A stretch of 64,000 bases of DNA from Cyanidioschyzon merolae (taxonomy: Eukaryota): assembly GCA_000091205.1 (NCBI GenBank), contig AP006493.2, one strand, 5' to 3'. The translations under genes and the position numbers were made by a program. Positions 1 to 10,696 of the stretch are shown piece by piece. Numbering within the stretch: the stretch's first letter is position 1; every line of letters starts with the position of its first letter. Below the pieces are notes generated by a model. The model had not been told where the DNA came from. It saw only the letters and a program-made list of their open reading frames with translations, and ran no database searches.

Positions 1-1289
1 TTGACCGATGGTATCGGTATGTACCTGCACGCTTGCGCGGGCTGAAGGCTTCACTTTGCGAGTACGAGTGCTCTGCAGCCTCCAGGTTATCGCACAGTCT
101 CCAGCAGATGCGCTTGGCATATGCAGGAATCTGGACGATTCAGTTTCTGGATGATTTACAGAAAAGCGAGGCACATTGAATACCCTTGTCGGAATAAGAC
201 GGTACTGGGGTGTCGGACACCGGCGAATAAGGTCAGTTTTTGGTCTCTTCCAATGATCAGAAGCATCAGCCTCTGCGGACTTTTTCTGGGAGTTCGTTCC
301 TTGAACACTCGCTGCTCTCCGAATTGGAATGCACTGGCGTCTCCTGTCTCTCTCGCTTCGTTTTCAGCATTCGAAGGATATTGATGACAGCGTTCTAGTT
401 CCGATTTCACAACCTTGAGCTGTCGTTGACGTATTTCCTGTACATACAAAACCTGCGATCCGCGGTTCGCCCGCCATTCTCATCTTGAGTGAACACCGGC
501 TCGGTGCGCCCATTGCAGCGGTGACACTTGGACATGCTCAGGAACGAGTAAATGTCGATCGGGCCTGCTCGTGCTCCCCATCGAGGCTTCACCCAGTGGC
601 GCTTGAAGACTTGCTTAATGGCTCGGTACATGTACTTAAACAGCGCAGATGGGTCAACTGGATGCCCTCTTCCGTTGCAGCGCCCATGCACGCTCTGCGG
701 TCGCGGGCATCTACTGGGCGATCTCGTCGGTGCAGACGCTGTCTGCTGCACAAATACATGTACGCTGTTCGATTCGATAAAGAATTTGTGGCACGAGATG
801 TTGCCCGTGATGAAATAAGTACCGGAAAAGCACCATCCCGGCTTGAGAACAAGTCGAGATGACTCGATTCCTCTATGTAGTCTTCGGGCAAATCGGTGAC
901 CCACGCTCTACTCGACGCGATCACTTCGATGAATCAAGTCCGAGCCCACGACCCGTTTTTCACACAAGCGGAAGCCGTATGAGCCTCGGTATGCATAAGT
1001 TTTGTGGGATATGATGCTTCTGTTGGATTCCGTCTCGTCCATGGTGACAATCGTATGAGGATTTGTGGTTCGAACGGAGTCGCTTATTTGGTATGCCAAG
1101 TCCCGGTACGGTTCGGCATCAGCTTATGAACAATCATCATGCGACGACGTAGAGTACCTTTATCGTCATTCAACGGCGCCACTGGTGTTGCCCGCGATTT
1201 GCCTTCAAACAGAAAGACAGATAAAAGAGAATGAGTGAAGTGAGTGTGTTACATGAAAGGAACTAACAAAACCGGAGAAATGTACATAT

Positions 1290-1575
1290 GATTTGGATAG
1301 TCGCATAGTTTATTTTACAAAGCCTCTCTTCAGGGACGTCACGAATCCTCTTGATTCCGGTGACGAGAAGAGTTTCGAGCAGCAATGCGTTGAAGGTGCC
1401 ACCCGAAAAAGCGACCTTGAATCATAGAACGACACATACATCCGTTATGCCTTTTTGCTGTAACTAGAATGTAAAGGATCCACATCTTAAGAGACGGTCG
1501 ACGAAAACTCGAGAGGCTGGAACAGAGTGCGCACTTATGGATTCCGTTTCAATCTGAAGCGGGTGCAGAGGCTCC
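1290..1575 (+). repeat. Dispersed about 300-bp repeat element, copy A
   Basis: Collinear blocks shared with 33812-34095: tgtacatatga; gtcacgaatcctcttgattccggtgacgag (hairpin); gtgccacccgaaaaagcgacc; ttcaatctgaagcgggtgcagag. Confidence 0.7.
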
Positions 1576-1881
1576 GACAGGTACGCACTGGTTGCAGTGG
1601 GCGCTGACATGCTCGTCGGCCAGGCGCAAGCGTACCTAAGTGTACGCCATTCCTCTTCCATGCGAGGCGAAGTCGTCATCGGAAGATCCTGGTCACGATC
1701 GTTGACATCTGTGGGACGCGTCGCCGCACGGTGTTCTCTACCACGACTGGCTGCCGGCATATCGATGCAAGAACAGAAGCGATAGCCAAGGAGCATCATC
1801 TCGTACTTCATTTTTAGCGGTGGCGTCTTCGTAACGACCCGAAGCTGTGCAAAACGCTGCTGGGCAAAGGCGTCTGCCTAC

Positions 1882-3549
1882 TCAGAGACCAAGCGCCTGA
1901 TTCTGTGCTTTGCTGCAGCCGACAATGTAAAACAGAAGAATCGACCCAAAGACAACACAAAGAATGAAACCAATAAAAGCCAACAGGGCCGCTTGAATTC
2001 CGCTGTTACACTGCTCCTGCAGCGCATCCGCTAAAATGTTCAGGACGGGTCCACAGGCTCGCCACTGCTCCAGAATTTGCGTTCCGTTGCTCAACATGTC
2101 AAGAATGTGTTCGCCCTCAGTCAGAACGCCGTGGAGGAGCGTCGCGCGGAACCCTCCGGTGGATTCAAAGTCCTGAATAACTTGTTTGTAATTCTGCAGT
2201 GTGATGTTGTGATGCAGCAGCGGCTCCAGCGCAGTTGAGACTTTGTCCAGATCTCTCTGTTGTTCATCCAAGACATGCGTGAGGCTGGTTACAGCAGGAC
2301 AGTAGATCAAATGGTCTAGCGAGTGAGACGATATGTGATCGGGACCACCAGTTTCCCCATGAATGTTCTCACCGCGAAGCAACTGTACCTGGCGTGCACT
2401 CGCGGCCGAGCAGAGGTCCCCATTGAGCACACCGTAGACAACAGAGGCGCCCAGACCTACCCAAGAAAGCGCTGCAAACAAGACTGGAGCCAGGAGCGTG
2501 ATTCGCAGGAACCATTTCGTCCACCGAGACCTTCTCTGATTCAGTGTAACCGGGTCATCCGAATGGACTCGTGCGGTTTCCACGGAAGCGCTCCGGATCG
2601 CAAAACGGTTTGACAAGTAGAATGCCGCAGCAGTCAAGAAAGCCAACACCAAAAGCACAATCGCACAGGCCAACATCAAACCGAAGTGGATCGATTCTGC
2701 GAGATTCACCGATCCCAAGCCACTGTCGAGACTGTTCAGAACGTTCGCCACGTCGCGGTAGATGCTCCTCGCCTGAGCTGGTATATCGCTAAAGTTCAGC
2801 CCCGAAAGCGAACTCGAGCTCACCACCGACTCCAAACTCGTCACCAGGCTCTGAAGCTCCCCCGAAGCGTTCGTGTAGAGGGAGACAACGGCACGGCCCT
2901 CGAGGCGTACCGCGTGGGATCCCCCGCGCACCACACCGAGCGTATCGTCCAGGGTCTGGTGAGAGACGATCACACCTGCAAGAGCAACGGCAGCTGCACC
3001 TGCCATGAGCACGAGTCCGATCGTTGCGCTCACCGGGTACACGGCGCACAGCGGCGGAGGGAGAAACCGACAACCGTTAGAAGCTGGAGGAGCTGTCTCC
3101 GCTGCCACCGTTGATATTTCCTCGTCTAGTACAGGTGCTGATGGTTCTGTACTCGTGTCTTCCTCAGAAAAAAGATCGGGACTTTTCTCATCGGACGCTA
3201 CCTTTTTCGCGTAGAAGAAGGTTGCGGGCTCGGGAGCGGAGACCAGCGGACGAGGCCGTCGTCGAGGTAAGCAGAGCAACACACGCCAAGGGACACAAAC
3301 GAAGACTACACCAACAATAAGGAAAAATAGCGCAACAGCCAAATAAGGTATCGCAGTATACCCAATCCCAGCAAAGTATCCTACGGTTACCTGAAAGTCG
3401 TTACTCGCACCGATGATGCGTGGGTACTCGTGAAAAAAGGACACCAGACTTGCGTCCGTCGGTGTTGCGTTACCAGGTGTCGATGCACGTATGACACTAT
3501 CCATGAAGCTCACCAACGCAAAACAAAAACAATAGAGTTGTCGACTCAC
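1882..3549 (-). CDS. Multi-pass membrane protein of unknown function. About 5 predicted hydrophobic helices, with large loops between helix 2 and 3 and between helix 4 and 5, which is a Tweety-like topology.
   Basis: Uninterrupted 555-aa ORF. Hydrophobic segments near residues 55-85, 170-195, 295-320, 345-375 and 520-545. No recognisable catalytic motif. Confidence 0.5.
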   Translation of the reverse strand: MSRQLYCFCFALVSFMDSVIRASTPGNATPTDASLVSFFHEYPRIIGASNDFQVTVGYFAGIGYTAIPYLAVALFFLIVGVVFVCVPWRVLLCLPRRRPRPLVSAPEPATFFYAKKVASDEKSPDLFSEEDTSTEPSAPVLDEEISTVAAETAPPASNGCRFLPPPLCAVYPVSATIGLVLMAGAAAVALAGVIVSHQTLDDTLGVVRGGSHAVRLEGRAVVSLYTNASGELQSLVTSLESVVSSSSLSGLNFSDIPAQARSIYRDVANVLNSLDSGLGSVNLAESIHFGLMLACAIVLLVLAFLTAAAFYLSNRFAIRSASVETARVHSDDPVTLNQRRSRWTKWFLRITLLAPVLFAALSWVGLGASVVYGVLNGDLCSAASARQVQLLRGENIHGETGGPDHISSHSLDHLIYCPAVTSLTHVLDEQQRDLDKVSTALEPLLHHNITLQNYKQVIQDFESTGGFRATLLHGVLTEGEHILDMLSNGTQILEQWRACGPVLNILADALQEQCNSGIQAALLAFIGFILCVVFGSILLFYIVGCSKAQNQALGL

Positions 3550-6474
3550 CCAGGCGCTGGCCTTATCTCCCCAGAATCAAACACGACTCGGGACAGCAAA
3601 CAAGATCTCGTGTCGCGGGAGAAATGCCGGCGGCACAGCGCCCGATTCGGCAGCTGCAGCGGCGGCCGCCTGTGACGTGTCGGCCGGCACGCCCCCCGCA
3701 CGGATGCTGCTCGGGGCGTTGCACACAGGCCACGCTCGGATACACGTGCGTGGCTTGGTATCGGGGAAGGGGTGCTCGTTCCTCGACAGGTATGTCTGTG
3801 TCGTGATTCATCCAGAGCAAAGTTGTCCTCGGGAACGGAGGTTATGAAAAGCAGCGAACAGTCGGCTGCCCGCTATCCGTAGATCGCTGCAGTGTGAAGC
3901 GCCTCGTCTCCCTGATGGTACAGCGTGCGTGGGTACCGAGCCTTCTGTGCAGAATGAGCAATTCAGCTTGACTCGTGGTGGAGTCACGTTGCATCTGCGG
4001 AATGGTACTTTATGGTCGAGAATCGCTCGATCCGAGCGCATATCGTACCCGCATGATTTCGTGAACGCTGCCAGATGACTGCAATGGTGCGGTGTCGGTG
4101 TCGGTGCGGCACCTGCTGCTGGCGACCGCTTCCAAATGTACGCTGTGCGCGGGATTTTTTTAACGTATGTGCTTCGTATACCAGTCGATGATGGCGGTGC
4201 TTTGGCTTTGAATTGGACAGCCATTGCTGGTATATTTCTGTCGGAATCGTGGACACAGACTGGCCATCCGTCGATTCCAGCGGGGGTTTCCGTGGCGCGC
4301 CCGCTAGACCCGTGTCAGATGCATACGGAACCCTGAACTGCTTGTGCGGTTCTGGGCTTTCAATTTGGTTCCGAATTTTTGATGGACGTACGGCGTCGGC
4401 ATTCCAAGTGCAGTGAGAAGCGCATACGGATGCATGTGAGGTTTTAGGGTCGGCGCTCGTGTTTCCGGGGTGTCTGGTTCGACGCTCCGCCGCTGGAGTT
4501 CATCACGCTAATGGAATCACGATGATTCACAAGGTCATCGAACAGGAGTTTGTAACATTACCGGTACCGCGATCCCATTCATAGGTAAAAGCTTCTACTT
4601 GTCACTGTTCTTTACGAGCAGCATGCTCAAAGAATACATTTTTCCAGTTTTCCAATTTTCCGGTGCATGGCAGCTCGTGGGCGCGGCAATCGGCGTCGCT
4701 GGATCGTCCAGGGACAAGAGCTCTCTGTCGTATCATAAGAACATTTTCATATGCACATGCAGCACGGTTATTGAGCTTGTCACGTCAAATGCTCGATGCC
4801 GCTCAAGAGACGAACCTGCATGCTTTTCTCGGCCATCGACGACAGAGCATTCCACAGTATCATTACATCTCTGGCGGCGTACGCTCCGAGAGCCTCCCGC
4901 TTCTTCTTTTCGCATGGCAAAGTGCCTTGGACCTGCTCTTGGGTCATCGCAGCGATCGCTGGCAGCGGAGCGTACGTTAACGCCTCGCACGAAGCAACTG
5001 TAAACGGTTCGAAGTTTCCAGACTTGATGGCCGACCTGGGTTTTCCTCTCGGTACTTGTTTCATCACCGACAACACAGCGTTCCACAAATATTCTATCGA
5101 ACCGAGCAGCGTGCGCTTGCGCGTGGAGCGGACAGCGTACTCGCGGAGCGGCGTGCCACAAGAAGCCCGTGATCGGAGGACACGGCACCGGGCGCCGTAA
5201 AGGAAGCGGTTATCGAGGCGAGCCTTCGGTATCCGTTCATGGCATGAAGCGAGCGACCCTGCAAGCGTTCACGCGCCCTAGAACGGTTCTCGGAACAGGA
5301 GCAGGAGCAGGCGAGTTCGACCGACGGGTACGCCCAACGACAGGCACGTGTTACCATTGCGACCGGCGCACCGAGGCTACATACGAGCAACATGAAAATA
5401 GCAAGCGAGCTGTACATCGCTACGCGCACCTGTACATGAACTGCGTCGTGAACAGCTGGTCGCAGCTGTCTGGAATTGAACGCTGCCATCAACATCCATT
5501 GACTGCTAACAATAGAGCTCGAGCGAAAGGAGAGCCAGGTGTGTGTCAAGCTGGAGATAAGAGGGAAGCGGCGGAAGCAGTCCCAGAAAAAGTCCGCAAA
5601 GGCTGGTTTTCGTTGTTCTGGGAAGAATTTGCGATGCTCGAGCGCGTACGCCCGAGCAAGACACCTCGACCCATCCATGGTGTTCTGAAACGGTCAGTGC
5701 TAATAGCTGGTGCGCTTTGCAATCTTTGATTGCTGCGTATGCAAACCATACATTTAGTGACGCACACTCACATGTCAGGAAATGCCATGCGCCCATCGCA
5801 CTCACAGCACCAGAGAAGTTGTGTGCGCTGAGACTCGCAAAGTCGCCCAGCATGATGGCATCCATCTCTATCTGTGTATCCATCCTTGTCTAGCTGAGCT
5901 GCACTCCAGAGCGTCCAGAATACATCAACTTCCTGGTGTTTTTCCGGACTTGTGTAACCTGAAAGGAATGCTCCAGCTGTTCATATAGACACGATTTCGC
6001 CGGAAAACGCCTCCAGGGAACACGCCGTAGAAAACAGCGCGGCGTTCGCTCAACTGCGAATAGCCCGCTCGCTGGCAAAGCACAGCACTGGCAATGACTA
6101 GTTGCAATCGCTGGCGTTGTCGCGCTCGAGCGATTTCCTCGTGACCCGAAGAACCCAAGTTTACTCGACAGGGGACTTGAACCGAGCCATAAGGCAATCG
6201 CTCTCTTGGGGTCCTGCAACCACCGGTTGCGGGAGAGTCTTCAACGTTTGTCTGGGCCTGTTTTCCTCGAGTAGAAGATTATTTCCCGCAAGCAGTGCAG
6301 TATACGGAAATCGTCGACCAACCGCCTCTAGCAAGCCCGACCACTGTTCCAAAGACGAGGTCAGCGCAAACACCGGCTGCGATGACCCACGGGTTTTGCG
6401 CTGAACCTGGCTGCTGCACTCCGTCGTGAGACGATCGCGTTGTAAACACCCGAGTTGAACCAGGTCATGAGCGC

Positions 6475-8052
6475 TCATTCGTTGAGCAAGTACCGTAACT
6501 GGTCGTCAAGCAACTCGCTACGGGATGTATGAGAACCAATGGGCAACTTTTCCGAGACTTGGACGTTGGGTCGCAGGGTCACCGGTGTTATGAGTGCGTC
6601 GTAGTACGCTGGCGAGGTCGCTGTCGTGTCACCGGGCTGGCTTTCGGTGTTGGCGCTCTCCGCTTTCGTGAGCAGTAGACTCGGAGCTCGTGAAGAACCT
6701 ACTTCGCGGACAGCGTCCCGCGAGGTACCCGTCTGCTGCTCGGCAAATTTCAGGTTTGCATACTTATCGAGAAGAGAGCACTCCTCCTCGCTAAGCACAT
6801 TGCGCAATGCGTCAAACCTGGCTGGAGATGCCGTCTGCTCTGGAAAGAGCACCGATTTGATATCGCTCAGGACTGGAGATGTGAGCTCGGCACCGATCGC
6901 ATTTTCATGCGACAAAAACGAGTCAGGTGAGGATCGTAGAAAGGCCACCTCAATACGGTGTTCAATATCGGTTTCATAGGGCGGCAATTCGACGTCTTGA
7001 TGGAGTCGAGCTGTCGTCTCAGCACCGGATGCAAGCAGCGGCTGCGCGAGCGCCTCTGATCCCAGCGCACTAAACGATGTGCTCGTGGAGGAGCGCTCAC
7101 CGCTTCGTCTGCGCTTGAGTTCTGGCCTGGAACAGGTCGTTCGAACATCATGGATGTGCAAATTTCCCGAAAACGACCGCGGTAAGGATTCGATCCCGCG
7201 GGGTGAGGTCACTGCGGCTGCGTCCTCATCGGGTACCGGAATCGCCAAAGCGGCAGGGCGTACGTCTGGGAGCTTTTCTCGTCGTTTCGACGGATTTTGC
7301 TTACTGATTTCCTCAGTGATACGCGCGCGTTCTTGCCGAAGTCGTTCTTTCTTCAGGGCTTCTGTTTGCTGGCGCTTTTGGTACTCCAGCCTCCTCAGGT
7401 AACTATTGAACCTATTTTTGACAGCATTATCTGTTCGACCGGGAAACTCTTTCGCAATGACCGACCAGCGGTTTCCATAGATCGCTTGTAATTGCACGAG
7501 ACGCATTTCCTCGTTGCGCGTCCACTCGGTTTTGACGATTCCCGGAGCCAAGTTGTTGATATACCGTTCGCGACATTGTTTCCCGGAGCGATTGACCATG
7601 TACTGCGCAATTCGTGGCCAAGCACCGACGCCAAGCATATTCACCAGGGCCTTGAGCCTCTCATCTTCACATGGTTGCCACGGTCCGCGTCCATTCACAC
7701 TGGGTGGTATTTGCGGTAGTTTGGACTCGTCCACGTAGTCCAGTTGTGTTGACGCCGTAGGTCGCGTCGCCCGACGACAGCTCGTCTGTCCGTATTGACC
7801 GGTGTCGAGCGCGGCACTCGTTACCGTCGGTGAGCGGTTCGCCGACTTGCTCGGACGTTCCGAGTCAGCGTTGAACACGCTGCCTGCTTGCCTGCTGGAC
7901 GCTGCACGCATCGCTGAAGAGGTAGGCGTTGCGGAGTCGACGGTCGGCGGGCCGCCGAGCACGCGGTCGTCCGAAGGTAGACAGGTCCGCTGTTCAGAAG
8001 AGAACTCGCTTTGTGCCTGGTTCCTCGTCCGAGCCATACCCAGCTTCTCCAC
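6475..8052 (-). CDS. R2R3-type MYB DNA-binding transcription factor
   Basis: Two tandem Myb/SANT repeats with regularly spaced Trp (RGPWQPCEDERLKALV...GAWPRIAQYM..RSGKQCRERYINNL; KTEWTRNEEMRLVQLQAIYGNRWSVIAKEFPGRTDNAVKNRFNS). Long Ser/Pro-rich N- and C-terminal regions typical of transcription factors. Confidence 0.8.
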   Translation of the reverse strand: MEKLGMARTRNQAQSEFSSEQRTCLPSDDRVLGGPPTVDSATPTSSAMRAASSRQAGSVFNADSERPSKSANRSPTVTSAALDTGQYGQTSCRRATRPTASTQLDYVDESKLPQIPPSVNGRGPWQPCEDERLKALVNMLGVGAWPRIAQYMVNRSGKQCRERYINNLAPGIVKTEWTRNEEMRLVQLQAIYGNRWSVIAKEFPGRTDNAVKNRFNSYLRRLEYQKRQQTEALKKERLRQERARITEEISKQNPSKRREKLPDVRPAALAIPVPDEDAAAVTSPRGIESLPRSFSGNLHIHDVRTTCSRPELKRRRSGERSSTSTSFSALGSEALAQPLLASGAETTARLHQDVELPPYETDIEHRIEVAFLRSSPDSFLSHENAIGAELTSPVLSDIKSVLFPEQTASPARFDALRNVLSEEECSLLDKYANLKFAEQQTGTSRDAVREVGSSRAPSLLLTKAESANTESQPGDTTATSPAYYDALITPVTLRPNVQVSEKLPIGSHTSRSELLDDQLRYLLNE

Positions 8053-8536
8053 TCAAGGACAGCGAATCGCTTTGCACGAGTCACTTGAGGCGAGCACTCG
8101 CCGAGCACAGCGCTGCGCCTCATGACCCAGACAGCTGAACGAATTTCTCCTTGAAATTTGAAAATGAATCAGACTCGATCCCTGTCCGATATGTCCCGTT
8201 TCTAAAAGTAACGCATTGGTGCGCTGCAGCGCGCGATCAGGCTCTTCGCCGGTGCACTCGGGGCGGATGGGTGTACAGCCTTTCGCCGTATACGGCCTTG
8301 CTGCGCTTACTTTATGCCCAATGAGGCGAGCCCGCTCATAGGACTCAAAGACCACGCTCAAGGGTGTTTGTGTGCTGCTTCTGTAGTGTCCTGCGCGATG
8401 GCGAGCTTCCTCGGGTTGGCTTTCGCAGATCAAACTTTAGAAAGCAATGCGCGGTTTCACCTAGTGCCTTACGGGAAGCGTGTACGTGCGTGCGCGGTAC
8501 ATCGATAGAGCAAGCGTCCGCAGAACATATGCGTAG

Positions 8537-9316
8537 GTGCGTGCCCTTGGGCGAATGCCGCCGCAAAAGCGCCAAAACCGGCCGTGCAGCCTGGCTGCGT
8601 TGCGTTTTTTGTGCAGTGCGAAAGGAGCTGCTCCCCAAGTGCGACTGAGTCGCCCTTCTAGCGTGAAACCGCATCTGCGGTGTTACAGCGTCGTTGGTAG
8701 CTCGGCGTTGACGGCGGTAGTGGTAAACTGCCCGTATGGCGCGTCGATTACATTCGTCGCAGGCGAGGCAGAGCGCCACGAGGCGAACAAAAACCGATTG
8801 CCCTTTCGGCTAATGGAACTGGGATCGGGGTTCAGAGCTATCTGCAGTCGTGTGCTTTCGCCAAAAATCAATAACGGGCACGAGTTCAGCACCAGACACT
8901 GGATGGCTGCATCGGCGCCTTTGCAGCAGCCCGTGCGCCCAGCGCTGTGGCTGAGGCCCAGTCTGGAAAGCCTCTCTACGAATCCCGACGGAGATGACGA
9001 CGACGACGACGACGATGATGATGATGATAATGATAAACGACGTGTCACGTGCTGCACAAGCAACGTCGTTGCTTACAAATCCGGGGGCGGCATTCGGTCT
9101 GAGGTTCTCCCCAGGATTCCCATTGTCCCGGGGTGTCTGCATCGGTACCTTTCGACGGATACCATTGTCGCCATAAACCACGTACCTCTATTTCGTGGGT
9201 TTGCAGGCGCGGACGCTACTGCGCTGAGTAGCTCCCGTAGCATGAGACGTAACCAAGCAAGCCGTTACCTGTGCACCATTCTGCCAGCATCTGCCAGTGG
9301 AGCGTGGTCGACGTAA
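8537..9316 (+). CDS. Hypothetical protein with a poly-Asp tract (D12ND); weakly supported
   Basis: 259-aa ORF containing a (GAC/GAT)n-encoded acidic run at 8993-9043. No recognisable domain. Overlaps antisense ORFs. Confidence 0.2.
   Translation: MRALGRMPPQKRQNRPCSLAALRFLCSAKGAAPQVRLSRPSSVKPHLRCYSVVGSSALTAVVVNCPYGASITFVAGEAERHEANKNRLPFRLMELGSGFRAICSRVLSPKINNGHEFSTRHWMAASAPLQQPVRPALWLRPSLESLSTNPDGDDDDDDDDDDDDNDKRRVTCCTSNVVAYKSGGGIRSEVLPRIPIVPGCLHRYLSTDTIVAINHVPLFRGFAGADATALSSSRSMRRNQASRYLCTILPASASGAWST
8993..9043. repeat. (GAC/GAT)n trinucleotide repeat (codes poly-Asp in the + frame)
   Basis: gacgacgacgacgacgatgatgatgatgataatgat. Confidence 0.9.
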
Positions 9317-9666
9317 GCGCAAACGCAACCCGCCCTGCAACAAGACAAAGCTCGGGCGCACACTATCCGCAACGCACTCCCATTCACGATGCAATCGAGA
9401 TCCAGGGCGATCGCGAGGCATATTCGAGGTGACCAGTCATTAGCAGGGTCCTCGAGCTGAAGATGCCCGGCAGCACTGATTTGACGCACGGTTCCGGGTG
9501 AATACACTGGGTCGATTTCGCGTTAGTGAAGCGAAACCTCAGTTCCGCCGCCAGCTGGTCCGGTCGACTGCGGTACGTGCCTCAGCACGTCATGATGGAT
9601 GATAGCTGTTGTTGGTCGAATGATGGACTGCCACGCGAACGCGTCGTACGATATGGATGGCGTTGT

Positions 9667-9696
9667 ATCGATCGATCGATCGATTGATCGATCGAC
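9667..9696. repeat. (ATCG)n tetranucleotide microsatellite
   Basis: atcgatcgatcgatcgattgatcgatcgac. A shorter cgatcgatcgatcg sits at about 26693-26710. Confidence 0.9.
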
Positions 9697-10696
9697 ATAC
9701 AGCATCGCCTGATGGCGCGCGTCCAGCCAGCGACCCGAAGCATACCGCCGTGCTTTGAGGTGCGTCTTCACGTTTCCGTTAGCCCGAGTCACGATTCCTC
9801 CTTGTGAACTGAATTTTGGTCGTTCCGTTGACGCACTGGAAGAGACATGGAAACCGGATAGCTTTGTGAAACACTCATAGGCGTTGCGTGGAGGCATGGC
9901 TGACCTGGCGCGAGGCTGGGTCTCTCTCGGTCGCAGCTCCGCTGAGCAATAAATCGGCAAAGCCGTTGGCCACTGCGTGCAACGACACGGTGTTGGAACG
10001 CTGCAACTGAGGCAAATTTCGGGTATTGGGCGCCTCTCTGTCTTGTCCTGCTTTTCCTCAGCCAACAAGAACTGCGTTGCGGTGAAGTCGCGCGAGTCGC
10101 ACTGCAGCGCTTGCCACGACGCAGCGCACATAGCCCCAGTGCAGCAGTCGATTCCTTCGCGCCCTCGGAGTTTGCACCACAAACGTTCCCCCGTTTCCAG
10201 TCTTGTGATACGCAGGCACCACCAGGGGAGCGATCCCTACCACCCCTCGTCCATGGTGTACGTGTCCGCCGGCTAGTAGCGAGCCCCCGCGACACCCCGC
10301 AGCGCAAACGCGCGTGAATACGGCAGAACACACGAAATGACCATTTCGTCTGAGATCGATCATGGAGCAATGGACGCGTTCCCCGACTGCCTGCGTATCC
10401 AGGATGCAATCGAATTCGCGTGTGGTGCGCGCACCCGTCGATCGATACAACCCAGAGAGCGTCGATTTGGCGCGAAACACACCAGATGGCGCGATGCTGG
10501 CTGCACAGCTGGCGCCATCGGCGATCGGGCGATCCAGCGCGGCCTCCTGGGTTCCTGTCTCTCTCGGGCACAGCCACCTAGATACATACACAGAAACGGG
10601 GACAGGGTGCTCGCAGCGGCTCTTCCAGACTTGATTGACCAAAGACAAGTTTAATCTTAGCGTCGATCCGCAAGCCTGGGGGTTCCTGTAATAGGC

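Noticed and set aside
2323-3320. Plus-strand ORFs overlapping the 555-aa membrane-protein gene
   Set aside because: Antisense, basic low-complexity translations. The minus-strand ORF is far longer and has coherent TM architecture.
4100-6400. Cluster of mutually overlapping ORFs on both strands (for example 5094-5678 minus, 5169-5729 plus)
   Set aside because: Cannot decide strand or frame. No domain recognised. One has a single hydrophobic helix, but that is insufficient. Left unannotated as a possible unknown gene.
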